NCBI GenBank assembly: GCA_009782385.1
Contig: WRJE01000004.1
Location: 1,549-65,548, forward strand
Origin: Oscillospiraceae bacterium
GTDB taxonomy: Bacteria; Bacillota; Clostridia; Oscillospirales; UBA929
Direction of reading: 5' to 3'
Length of the DNA stretch: 64,000 nt
A program made the translations under genes and the position numbers. Numbering within the stretch: position 1 is the first letter of the stretch; every line of letters starts with the position of its first letter. This document shows, one piece after another, positions 7,304-15,500 of this stretch. The notes below the pieces were generated by a model. The model ran no database searches. It worked only from the letters and a program-made list of their open reading frames with translations, and was not told the DNA's origin.

Positions 7304-8550
7304 CAGTCAAAATCCTGTTCCGGCAGCTCAACAGCCACCGTTATTTGTGACGGCGCGTGTTTAAGGTTAACTGTCACTCTCTGCATTTCACCCGGGGTGA
7401 CTATTTGCGCGCGTTTTGAATAGACACGCTCCGCGTCCGCGTATACAACGATATTAGCCTTGCGGTAGACATCTGTCGGGCGGAAGTACAGTATATGCTC
7501 GCCGCTCCCGCAAATAAACTGCGGCACGGCATACCTCACGCGGTTTCCCGCGCGGACGACCGCGCGTTCGCCGCCGTAAGGCTCTCCCTTGACATAACGC
7601 GCCGCTCCCGCTCCCGCGCGGAACGCCTCTTCCGTGACAAAGTCAACCAAATCGTGGACGTGGACGGCGTTGCCGCAGGCGAAAACACCCTCGCGCAATG
7701 TTCGCATATGCTCATCGACTATCGGCCCGCCCGTTGAGTTGTCAAGTATGACCCCGGCAGACTTTGACAGCTCGTTTTCGGGTATCAGTCCCACAGACAG
7801 AAGTATCGTGTCACACTCCACAAAGAACTCAGTGTCAGGAATCGGCTGCCTGTGTTCGTCCACTTGCGCGGCGGTAACGCCCTCAACGCGCTGTGTGCCG
7901 TGTATGCGCGTAATTGTGTGGTTAAATTTCAGGGGGATGTCGAAGTCCTCGACACACTGCACGATATTGCGCGTCAGTCCGCTGCTGTACGGCATGATTT
8001 CGCATATGAGCTTAACTTCCGCGCCCTCGAGCGTAAGCCGCCGCGCCATGATAAGCCCGATGTCGCCCGACCCGAGTATGACGGCTTTCCGCCCCGGCAA
8101 GTAACCCTCGATGTTTACAAGCCGCTGTGCCGCTCCCGCTGTAAATATACCCGCAGGGCGCGTACCGGGTATCAAGAGCGCACCGCGCGTGCGTTCGCGG
8201 CAACCCATCGCCAGCACGACCGCTTTAGCGTCAATTTCCATTGTGCCGTGCTTGGGACTGATGACCGTCAGCGTCCGTTCGGGTGTCATGTCCAGTACCA
8301 TTGTGTCGGTTAAGACCTCTATTCCCAAAGCATTGACCTGTTTTATAAAACGCAGGGCGTACTCCGGCCCCGTGAGTTCTTCTTCAAAGTGGTGCAACCC
8401 GAACCCGTTGTGTATGCACTGCGGCAGGATTCCGCCGAGCCTCTCGCCGCGCTCGATGATTAAAACACCGTCAACGCCGTTCTCTTTCGCGGCTATTGCC
8501 GCCGCCATGCCCGCCGGCCCGCCGCCTATAATTACGATATTACGTTTCAT
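7303..8550 (-). CDS. NAD(P)/FAD-dependent pyridine nucleotide-disulfide oxidoreductase
   Basis: Two dinucleotide folds, IVIIGGGPAGMAAA and AVILGSGDIGLIMA. Translationally coupled to its neighbours. Confidence 0.8.
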   Translation of the reverse strand: MKRNIVIIGGGPAGMAAAIAAKENGVDGVLIIERGERLGGILPQCIHNGFGLHHFEEELTGPEYALRFIKQVNALGIEVLTDTMVLDMTPERTLTVISPKHGTMEIDAKAVVLAMGCRERTRGALLIPGTRPAGIFTAGAAQRLVNIEGYLPGRKAVILGSGDIGLIMARRLTLEGAEVKLICEIMPYSSGLTRNIVQCVEDFDIPLKFNHTITRIHGTQRVEGVTAAQVDEHRQPIPDTEFFVECDTILLSVGLIPENELSKSAGVILDNSTGGPIVDEHMRTLREGVFACGNAVHVHDLVDFVTEEAFRAGAGAARYVKGEPYGGERAVVRAGNRVRYAVPQFICGSGEHILYFRPTDVYRKANIVVYADAERVYSKRAQIVTPGEMQRVTVNLKHAPSQITVAVELPEQDFD

Positions 8551-9932
8551 CTTATTTTGACCTCCGCAACGAACGACGCGCCGCCGGACTTTGTGACCTC
8601 GTTGAGTTCAACTCCGGTTTCCCTAGCTATTATTTCAAGTATGCGCGTCAGGCAAAAGCCGCCCTGACAACGCCCCATACCCGCGCGGACGCGGCGTTTC
8701 ACGCCGTCAACGGTTGTCGCGGGTATGATTCCGCGTACAGCCGCGATAATTTCACCCTCCGTGACATTTTCACAGCGGCAGACCACACGCCCGTAATGCG
8801 GCAGTTCGCCGGACTTGGGTATTCCTTTGCGGATAGGTTCAAAGTTCCCGCGCGTGACTGCAAATCTCGCGTCTTTTTCGCCGAGCAGCTCACGCGCGTA
8901 GAGCGCGATTGCGGGCGCGGCGGTCAGCCCGGGCGAGCATATGCCCATTATGTCCAGCCATTTTTCAGCCGCTTCTTCTATAACAAAATCATCCCCGACA
9001 ATAGCGCGTATGCCTGAAAACGAGTTGATTATATCCCGCTGAGGTACATCCCTGATACTTCTCCGCGCGGATTTCAGCAGCTCGCTCTGACCCTCGCGGG
9101 TAGTCGCGGTGTCGTAAGACGTATCCAGAGCTGTTGGACCGATGAGGATGTTGCCGTCAACGGTCGGCGTTACCAGAACGCCCTTACCCATTTTTCCGGG
9201 AGTTTGGAAAATCGTATGCTTAACCAAGTCCGCGCGGCTCTTATCCAAAAGGCAGTATTCACCGCGCCGCAGTATTTGCTCCCTCTTCACGCCGCCCGCC
9301 ATTACGGACAGAGCGGGTGCGCCCGCTCCGGCGGCATTGATTACATAGTCCGCCGTTATTTTATAGCTTCCGACCGTCAGCGTCCACGTATCGTCTGTGC
9401 GTTCAACCGCTCTGACGGCATGACCGAGCAGAAAATCCGCGCCGTTACGCGCGGCGTTTTCGCAAAGCGCGACGGTGAGCGTCATAGGGTCAACGATGCC
9501 CGCGCTTGGGGCGTGTAACACCCATTCAACGTCATCCGAAAGGTTCGTCTCTGGACATTTATCGCGCGGCAGAATTTCCAAGCCGCCAACGCCGTTTTTA
9601 ATTCCGCGTTCGCGCAAGTCCTCCAAGTGCCGCCTGTCTTCCTCTGAAAACCCCAGTACAAGAGAGCCGTTCCGCTTAAACGGCACACTTAGCTCCGAAC
9701 ACATCCGCTCGTATAGCTCGTTTCCCCTGACGTTCAGTTTTGCCATAAGAGTACCGTTTTTCGCGTCAAATCCGGCATGGACTATGCCTGAGTTGGCCTT
9801 AGACGCGCCGCAGCCGACATCGCATTCGCGTTCAATTACGCAAACGCTGAGTTCCGTGCGGGTGAGTTCGCGGGCGACAGCCCCGCCGACAACGCCCGCG
9901 CCGATTATGGCTATATCGTAATGTTTGCCCAT
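8547..9932 (-). CDS. FAD-dependent glycerol-3-phosphate dehydrogenase/oxidase with a BFD-like [2Fe-2S] domain
   Basis: [21 protein letters not shown] fold. C-terminal [11 protein letters not shown]...[12 protein letters not shown] motif. Adjacent to glpK. Confidence 0.85.
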   Translation of the reverse strand: MGKHYDIAIIGAGVVGGAVARELTRTELSVCVIERECDVGCGASKANSGIVHAGFDAKNGTLMAKLNVRGNELYERMCSELSVPFKRNGSLVLGFSEEDRRHLEDLRERGIKNGVGGLEILPRDKCPETNLSDDVEWVLHAPSAGIVDPMTLTVALCENAARNGADFLLGHAVRAVERTDDTWTLTVGSYKITADYVINAAGAGAPALSVMAGGVKREQILRRGEYCLLDKSRADLVKHTIFQTPGKMGKGVLVTPTVDGNILIGPTALDTSYDTATTREGQSELLKSARRSIRDVPQRDIINSFSGIRAIVGDDFVIEEAAEKWLDIMGICSPGLTAAPAIALYARELLGEKDARFAVTRGNFEPIRKGIPKSGELPHYGRVVCRCENVTEGEIIAAVRGIIPATTVDGVKRRVRAGMGRCQGGFCLTRILEIIARETGVELNEVTKSGGASFVAEVKIR

Positions 9933-11374
9933 CCTTTTGCCCTTTCAACTGCTCTGCGCCAATTATCAAGCCCCGTCACGTTAAATCCGCCGGGGTTAAA
10001 TATCTCCGCGCCCTCGCCTGTAACCTCCGCGCCGCAAATCCCGGCGGTAATTCCCGCAAGCATTGCCGCGCCTTTCGCCGTTGTCTCAATGTCGCGCGGA
10101 CGCGACACCGAAACGCCGCATATGTCGGCCTGAAATTGCAGTAACGGATCGCTTACAGCCGCGCCGCCGTCAACTTTCAGCACGGAGAGCGGGATACCGC
10201 TGTCTTCCTCCATACATTCCAAAACGTCATAGACCTGATACGCAATCGCCTCAAGCGCGGCGCGGCAGATATGCGCTTTGGTGACACCGCGCGTCAGCCC
10301 CGTTATTATGCCCCGCGCGTCCATATCCCAATACGGTGCGCCCAGTCCGACAAAGGCGGGGACGATAAACGCGCCGCCGCTGTCCGCGACAGTTTCGGCA
10401 AGCCTGTCACATTCGGGCGCGGTTGAAATAAGTCCCAGTTCATCGCGCAGCCACTGTATCAACGCGCCGCCGATAAAAACACTGCCCTCGAGAGCGTAGG
10501 TCGTCTTGCCGCCGAGCGTCCACGCAACGGTCGTTAACATCCCGTGTTTGGATTCAATCGGCGTATCGCCCGTATTTTGCAGTAAGAAACAGCCTGTGCC
10601 GTATGTATTCTTCACTTGTCCCGCGGTGTGGCAGCCCTGCCCGAAAAGAGCCGCGTGTTGGTCGCCCATTGCCGCCGCTATAGGTATGCTCGCGCCGCCG
10701 AGTTTGCATTTGCCGTAAACTTCTCCCGAATCGCGTACTTCCGGCAGCATTTTCATCGGGATACCTAAAAGCTCCGTCAGCTCCGCGTCCCACCCAAGCG
10801 TATGTATATTGAACAGCATTGTGCGCGAGGCGTTTGTCGTGTCGGTTATGTGCGCCGCGCCATTGGTCAGCTTCCATATCAGCCATGTGTCTATTGTTCC
10901 CGCGAGCAAGTCGCCGCGTTCGGCGGCGGCTCGCGCACCGTCCACGTTGTCAAGCAGCCACTTTATTTTTGTGCCGGAAAAATAAGCGTCAAGCACAAGC
11001 CCTGTCTTTGAGCGTATCATATCCCTGTGCGGCTCTAAGCTCTTGCAGATGTCCGCCGTGCGGCGGCACTGCCACACAACGGCGTTGTGAATGGGTTTTC
11101 CGGTGTTCTTATCCCAGACAACCACTGTTTCGCGCTGATTGGTAATGCCAACGGCGGCGACATCGCCCGCCGAAACGCCGCTTTTGATTAACGCTTCGTT
11201 CGCGGCGGCGAGCTGTGTCTCGTAAATTTCCATAGGGTCATGCTCGACCCAGCCGGGGCGCGGGTAATGCTGCGTCAGAGCGCGGGAAGCGTGAGCGAGC
11301 CTGTTCATGCCCGCGTCGTATACGATGGCGCGGGATGAAGTCGTCCCCTGATCAAGTGATAGGATGTACGGCAT
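9911..11374 (-). CDS. glpK: Glycerol kinase
   Basis: [32 protein letters not shown] and [11 protein letters not shown] are FGGY kinase signatures. Confidence 0.95.
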   Translation of the reverse strand: MPYILSLDQGTTSSRAIVYDAGMNRLAHASRALTQHYPRPGWVEHDPMEIYETQLAAANEALIKSGVSAGDVAAVGITNQRETVVVWDKNTGKPIHNAVVWQCRRTADICKSLEPHRDMIRSKTGLVLDAYFSGTKIKWLLDNVDGARAAAERGDLLAGTIDTWLIWKLTNGAAHITDTTNASRTMLFNIHTLGWDAELTELLGIPMKMLPEVRDSGEVYGKCKLGGASIPIAAAMGDQHAALFGQGCHTAGQVKNTYGTGCFLLQNTGDTPIESKHGMLTTVAWTLGGKTTYALEGSVFIGGALIQWLRDELGLISTAPECDRLAETVADSGGAFIVPAFVGLGAPYWDMDARGIITGLTRGVTKAHICRAALEAIAYQVYDVLECMEEDSGIPLSVLKVDGGAAVSDPLLQFQADICGVSVSRPRDIETTAKGAAMLAGITAGICGAEVTGEGAEIFNPGGFNVTGLDNWRRAVERAKGWANITI

Positions 11375-11383
11375 AGTTACCTC

Positions 11384-12544
11384 CTACTTATAGTTCAAAA
11401 TTTGCACACTGTCCGCCGCCGTTCCGAGAATTGATGAGATAACCGCGTTCGACACCAAGAAACCCTTAGGTGTGAGCCGCCATCGGTCGCCTGTACGCAG
11501 AGTGATTCCGTGTTCCTCAAAGCGTTTAAGGCTTGTCTCAATACTGTCAAAAGACGCGCGGAACATTCTCGAATATTCGTTTGAGCTGACACCCGTATCC
11601 GTCCTAAGATTGAGCATCAAGTATTCTCCGGCGCGTTCTATTTCGGGAATTATCTCACTTTGCGCGATAACCTCGTTATCGCCGGAAATGCCTTCAATAT
11701 ACCCTTTAATGCTTTTGACATAGCTGAAACGCCGCCCGTCAAAGTCCGAGTGCGCCGCCGGCCCGAAGCCCATATACGGTTGGAGCGTCCAGTATTTCAT
11801 GTTGTGCCGTGATTCGCGCGAGGGTTTTGCGAAGTTCGACACCTCATAGTGCCGAAATCCCGCTTGTACAAGCAGTTCATCCGCCAAAAGGTACATATCC
11901 GCCTGCAAATCGTCATCGGGCAGGGACGGATTTTTCGCGTATAAGGGTGTGTATTCCTCAAGTTTTAAGCCGTAGCATGAGATATGCTCCGGCTGCCATT
12001 TTATAATGCTCTCAAGCGTTCCGCGCCATTCTTCGAGCGTATGACCCGGCAGACCGTAGAGCAAATCCACAGATATGTTTTCAAAGCCCGCCGTCCGCGC
12101 GTCTAAAAACGCGCTCGCCGCCTGTTCGGAGGTGTGTGCCCGCCCCAGTTCCAAGAGCCGCGTGCCGTCTAGCGTCTGCACACCGATTGACAGGCGGTTA
12201 AAGCCCGCGCGGAATAGTTTTTTCAGCAGTTTTTTATCAACTGTGCCGGGATTGACCTCCGCCGTTATCTCCGGATTTTTAGATAGATTGAACGCGCTGC
12301 CGCAAGCCTTATAAATCGCGGCAAGCCGCTTCACGCCCAACAGTGACGGCGTGCCGCCGCCGAAATAGACGGTGTCAACGGTGTATTTTCCGCAAAATCT
12401 GCCCGCCTCTTTTATGTGGGCAATTACGGCTTTAACATATGCGTCCATCTGCGCGGGAGTTCCGGCAATGGAATAAAAGTCGCAGTATTCGCATTTTTGA
12501 AGGCAAAAGGGTACATGGATATACAAACCGAGCGTGTTTTGCAT
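11384..12544 (-). CDS. hemW: Radical SAM heme chaperone HemW (HemN-like, oxygen-independent coproporphyrinogen oxidase family)
   Basis: YIHVPFCLQKCEYCDFYS CxxxCxxC motif, GGGTPS, ~386 aa. Confidence 0.85.
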   Translation of the reverse strand: MQNTLGLYIHVPFCLQKCEYCDFYSIAGTPAQMDAYVKAVIAHIKEAGRFCGKYTVDTVYFGGGTPSLLGVKRLAAIYKACGSAFNLSKNPEITAEVNPGTVDKKLLKKLFRAGFNRLSIGVQTLDGTRLLELGRAHTSEQAASAFLDARTAGFENISVDLLYGLPGHTLEEWRGTLESIIKWQPEHISCYGLKLEEYTPLYAKNPSLPDDDLQADMYLLADELLVQAGFRHYEVSNFAKPSRESRHNMKYWTLQPYMGFGPAAHSDFDGRRFSYVKSIKGYIEGISGDNEVIAQSEIIPEIERAGEYLMLNLRTDTGVSSNEYSRMFRASFDSIETSLKRFEEHGITLRTGDRWRLTPKGFLVSNAVISSILGTAADSVQILNYK

Positions 12545-12565
12545 CGTATCACCTGCCTATAATTA

Positions 12566-12588
12566 GTAGGGACGAACCGCGTTCGTCC
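12566..12588 (+). repeat. REP-like unit (GTAG plus hairpin)
   Basis: GTAG GGACGAAC cgc GTTCGTCC, located just upstream of the hemW start codon (12544, minus strand). Confidence 0.8.
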
Positions 12589-12654
12589 GTTTTACAAGTC
12601 AGCCGCCCCATTTAAGGTAAAATGAAACGGCGTACAGAAAACGGATAAAAAAAC

Positions 12655-12683
12655 TTGACACGGAGTTTAACCAATGGTATTAT
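12655..12683 (+). promoter_or_regulatory. Sigma-A type promoter for a candidate small RNA
   Basis: TTGACA (12655-12660), 17 nt spacer, TATTAT (12678-12683) preceded by TGg (extended -10). Confidence 0.5.
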
Positions 12684-12689
12684 TATGGC

Positions 12690-12788
12690 AGAAAGGGCAA
12701 TACCAAACGGTCTTTGTCCGAAATAGGTCTAATGTTACAATAAGTAACCGCCTACCGGGCTATGGAGGGCGGTTACTTTGTTTTTATT
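12690..12788 (+). ncRNA. Candidate ~100-nt small RNA (promoter to intrinsic terminator), convergent with the 24-codon ORF
   Basis: Bounded by the promoter above and the hairpin plus T-run at 12744-12788. The only ORF is a 13-codon frame with no RBS. Confidence 0.4.
12744..12788. terminator. Bidirectional intrinsic terminator hairpin
   Basis: GTAACCGCC (12744-12752) pairs with GGCGGTTAC (12768-12776). TTTGTTTTTATT follows on the plus strand and TTATTGT on the minus strand. Confidence 0.6.
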
Positions 12789-12847
12789 GCGCGAATGAGG
12801 CTTGCCAGAGCTTGAATTAATTTCCGCAGCTCTATAAGTACACCCAT
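12773..12847 (-). CDS. Candidate 24-aa amphipathic peptide MGVLIELRKLIQALASLIRAIKTK
   Basis: ATG at 12847, TAA at 12773-12775. GGGGGTGA lies 5 nt upstream and sits in a CCCCC-GAAA-GGGGG hairpin. The ORF is below the ORF-track size cutoff. Confidence 0.4.
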   Translation of the reverse strand: MGVLIELRKLIQALASLIRAIKTK

Positions 12848-12928
12848 CGGCTCACCCCCTTTCGGGGGACAAAGACCGCCAACATTGCCCCGTAAACGGC
12901 GTTGCCGCCGCTTACCTGCCATATTGTT

Positions 12929-12957
12929 AAGATACCACAAATCTAAAACTGTGTCAA
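12929..12957 (-). promoter_or_regulatory. Possible promoter for the 24-codon ORF
   Basis: On the minus strand: TTGACA (12952-12957), 17 nt spacer, TGgTATCTT (-10 at 12929-12934). Confidence 0.3.
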
Positions 12958-12986
12958 ATTATAGTCGATATGACGGTAATTCGCCC

Positions 12987-13015
12987 TTGCCGAACCCTGT
13001 AATAATTGATATAAT
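12987..13015 (+). promoter_or_regulatory. Sigma-A type promoter of the LytTR/HPK10 operon
   Basis: TTGCCG (12987-12992), 17 nt spacer, TATAAT (13010-13015), 25 nt before the ATG. Confidence 0.5.
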
Positions 13016-13040
13016 CGTCAAGAGGGAGGGGAAACACCCT

Positions 13041-13745
13041 ATGTACAAAGTCGCCATTTGCGAAGATGAGCAAGTTTTTTCCAACGCGCAGGAGAAAGCC
13101 TGCCGCTCTGTTTTGGAGAAATTGAATATAGAGCATCAAATAGAATTGTACGCGAGCGGTGAGGAGTTTCTCTCTGCCGGACAGAAAGAACGGTATGACC
13201 TTATCCTGCTGGACATCATCATGGGCGGCATGAGCGGTATGGAACTGGCAAAAGTCATCCGCGAATCAGACCGTGAAGCCGTTATCATCTTTATAACGTC
13301 AAGCCGGGAATATGTCTTTGAGGGTTACGATGTAAACGCGCTCCACTATCTGATAAAGCCTGTAGATGTTAACATCTTGGAGCGGCTGATTCGGGAATCT
13401 TATACCGAGAAATTCCAAGACAGCTTCTTTGTATTCAAGACGGGCGGGTTGAATCAGCGCACAGCGGTCAAAGACATCGTATCGCTGGAAACGGTCGGTC
13501 GGAAGGTGGAGGTTACGCTAAAAGACGGTACGCTGCAATATTCCGGCAAGCTGACAGAGTTACTGGAAAAGCTGCCAAAGGGACGTTTTGTCCGCTGTCA
13601 TCAGGCGTTTGCCGTCAACATTGAGAACATAAGGGAGCTTACGCGATTTGAGGCTATAACCCATAACGGGAAAAAGATACCGATTAGCCGTACATTTCAA
13701 AGCGATATAAAGAAAGCGTTTCTAAGACAGATGGGAGGGAGATAA
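13041..13745 (+). CDS. LytTR-family response regulator (AgrA/ComE-like)
   Basis: MYKVAICEDE...LILLDIIMGGMSG receiver domain plus a C-terminal LytTR domain (...FVRCHQAFAVNIENI). AGGGAGGGG RBS. The upstream part of ORF 12885 is rejected. Confidence 0.9.
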   Translation: MYKVAICEDEQVFSNAQEKACRSVLEKLNIEHQIELYASGEEFLSAGQKERYDLILLDIIMGGMSGMELAKVIRESDREAVIIFITSSREYVFEGYDVNALHYLIKPVDVNILERLIRESYTEKFQDSFFVFKTGGLNQRTAVKDIVSLETVGRKVEVTLKDGTLQYSGKLTELLEKLPKGRFVRCHQAFAVNIENIRELTRFEAITHNGKKIPISRTFQSDIKKAFLRQMGGR

Positions 13746-13749
13746 AAAG

Positions 13750-15225
13750 ATGAAAAAATTCATGCCCCCATTGTGGTATATTCTGATTGTGTCCGGCGTT
13801 TTTGCCGCGCTTGTCTATTTTTGCATGATACGCTGGCATATACAACTGTCAAACGGCATACCTCTTGACCCGAATCTCTTCCAAGTCACGAATATGGGTG
13901 AAAAAGCTCCGGGTATTATGCCTTATGTTTTGGAATGGAATGCGTTTAACATAGCGGGATTATTGATTTGCTTGGTCTTGGGGAGTATATGCCTGATTCT
14001 GGGCGTTATCCGCGCTTTGAACAAACTGAGCTGCAAGCATATTTTTTTAATCGCGCTTTTCTCTTTGCTCTTCTCCATTGATAAGCTGTCCGTGTCTGAT
14101 TTTGCGCTCAGAACGTTAAGTGCGGAATTTTTGTTCTATGTTACAAGAGTTACATATATATTCTATCCCATCGCGTTGTTTACGCACTTATACTATTATT
14201 TGCGGCACTCCGCGCGAAAGTGGATGTCTCCGCTTATTATTATGCTCGTTGTGTATGCGGTTGCCTCATGGGTGATGTATCTCGGGTTTGGGCTGCCGCT
14301 CAGTGTGCCTAATATGTTCTATACATATGTATCTGCGGCTTGCTCGGTCATATTCTTGGGCGTTGGTTCATTTGCTGCCGAATCAAAAGCCGCCGCGCGT
14401 TATATCCGCACCATTTCCGCCGCGTGGATTTGTTGGTTAGTATATATGGTTGTTAAAAGCGCGGCAGGTATCCAAACCGTTTGGGCTAACGAGTATATGG
14501 TTGCGATTACCGTCAGTGTTGCGTTCATGTTATCTTATGTGCTGCTTGTAAATACCCTCGAATTGGAAAATTACAAGACAGAAGCTAGATTGTTGGAACT
14601 TAGAAACGGGCTGCTCGTGGAAAACTATCAAACCCTCGAAGCCTATATGTCTCAAATCGCGCAGATGAAGCATGAAATGCGCCATCATCTGCTCGCTATG
14701 AAAATCTTGACGGATGACTGCAAACACGAACAGCTCGCCGCGTATCTGACTGATATTCAAGACAGTTATACTGAAGCTCCGGAAATTGTAATTTGCGGTC
14801 ATCGTATGATACAGTCGGTACTCGGACACGCGGCTCAACGAGCCGGACAAATGGGTTTTGAGATTAGTTTTGACATCTCCCCTCTGCCGCCTCTTACCAT
14901 AACCGATACGGATACCGTCAGCCTTCTAATGAACCTGATAAATAACGCTTTGGAGAGCTGTGAAAAAATGCAATCCCCGGAAAAAAGATGGATTACCGTT
15001 GCGGCTAAACCCCGCGCGCCGTATCTTTATATTTCTGTAAAAAACAGTTCCGGCGGCGATGTGAGGGTGAAAAACGGTCGGTATATCAGCACAAAGGAAG
15101 ACCCGTTTTTTCACGGTCACGGATTGACCGTTGTACACGGCATTGCGAAAAAGTATAACGGATTTGCCGAGTTTGAGCATACGGAAGATTCGTTTTGCGC
15201 GGAGGTCGCGCTGCGTGTGATATAA
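13750..15225 (+). CDS. Polytopic sensor histidine kinase, HPK10 (AgrC/ComD-like) type
   Basis: Multi-pass hydrophobic N-terminal half. H-box QMKHEMRHHLLAM, N-box LLMNLINNALESC, G-box HGHGLTVVHGIAKKY. Confidence 0.85.
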   Translation: MKKFMPPLWYILIVSGVFAALVYFCMIRWHIQLSNGIPLDPNLFQVTNMGEKAPGIMPYVLEWNAFNIAGLLICLVLGSICLILGVIRALNKLSCKHIFLIALFSLLFSIDKLSVSDFALRTLSAEFLFYVTRVTYIFYPIALFTHLYYYLRHSARKWMSPLIIMLVVYAVASWVMYLGFGLPLSVPNMFYTYVSAACSVIFLGVGSFAAESKAAARYIRTISAAWICWLVYMVVKSAAGIQTVWANEYMVAITVSVAFMLSYVLLVNTLELENYKTEARLLELRNGLLVENYQTLEAYMSQIAQMKHEMRHHLLAMKILTDDCKHEQLAAYLTDIQDSYTEAPEIVICGHRMIQSVLGHAAQRAGQMGFEISFDISPLPPLTITDTDTVSLLMNLINNALESCEKMQSPEKRWITVAAKPRAPYLYISVKNSSGGDVRVKNGRYISTKEDPFFHGHGLTVVHGIAKKYNGFAEFEHTEDSFCAEVALRVI

Positions 15226-15244
15226 GTAATACCGAATAAATTCA

Positions 15245-15377
15245 TGTAGGGTCGGGCTTCCATGCCCGACCGTTTTGTATGTTTATCGACAATCCGGCGG
15301 CGCGTCCGGGAAGCCGCGCCCTACTATGCCCGACCGTTTTGTATGTATATCGGTAGGGAACGCCGCCATCGGCGTTC
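15245..15377. repeat. Cluster of three REP-like units (forward, reverse, forward) with an internal 27-bp direct repeat
   Basis: GTAGGGTCGGGCttccatGCCCGACC (15245-15270). GGCGCG...CGCGCCCTAC (15296-15323). GTAGGGAACGCCGccatCGGCGTTCC (15352-15377). atgcccgaccgttttgtatgt occurs twice. Confidence 0.85.
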
Positions 15378-15388
15378 CGCGCCTATTT

Positions 15389-15459
15389 TGTGTCAGTTAT
15401 GTCGGTTTTCGTGTCAACTGCGTCAGACTACTTGAATGTAGTTAATCCTGTTCGTATAC
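15389..15459 (+). promoter_or_regulatory. Candidate LytTR-type direct repeats plus promoter upstream of the first secreted paralog
   Basis: GTGTCAGTT (15389-15397) and GTGTCAACT (15410-15418) are 21 bp apart. Then TTGAAT (15431-15436), 17 nt spacer, TATACT (15454-15459). Confidence 0.4.
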
Positions 15460-15500
15460 TGGGTGCAGGTAACATAATTACTTTTAGGAGGAATCTGACT

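Noticed and set aside
6944-12544. The glycerol operon and hemW as anything unusual.
   Set aside because: The gene order glpK, FAD dehydrogenase, oxidoreductase, DUF1667 is common in Clostridia. Only the insertion at its 3' end is noteworthy.
12685-12726. A 13-codon ORF (MAERAIPNGLCPK) at the 5' end of the candidate small RNA, considered as a possible AgrD-like peptide.
   Set aside because: It has no RBS. The ATG overlaps the -10 region and would sit upstream of, or at, the transcript start. It is far shorter than known autoinducer propeptides and there is no processing enzyme nearby.
12885-13040. N-terminal extensions of track ORFs. These are 12885 for the LytTR regulator, 15390 for P1, 17511 for the kinase, 26422 for P3, 31801 for parB-like, 36297 for the isochorismatase, 5546 for the IS110 recombinase, and 60217-60486 for pyrE.
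   Set aside because: In each case an internal ATG or GTG is preceded by a strong GGAGG-type RBS and coincides with the start of family similarity or a signal peptide. The extensions run through promoters or REP clusters.
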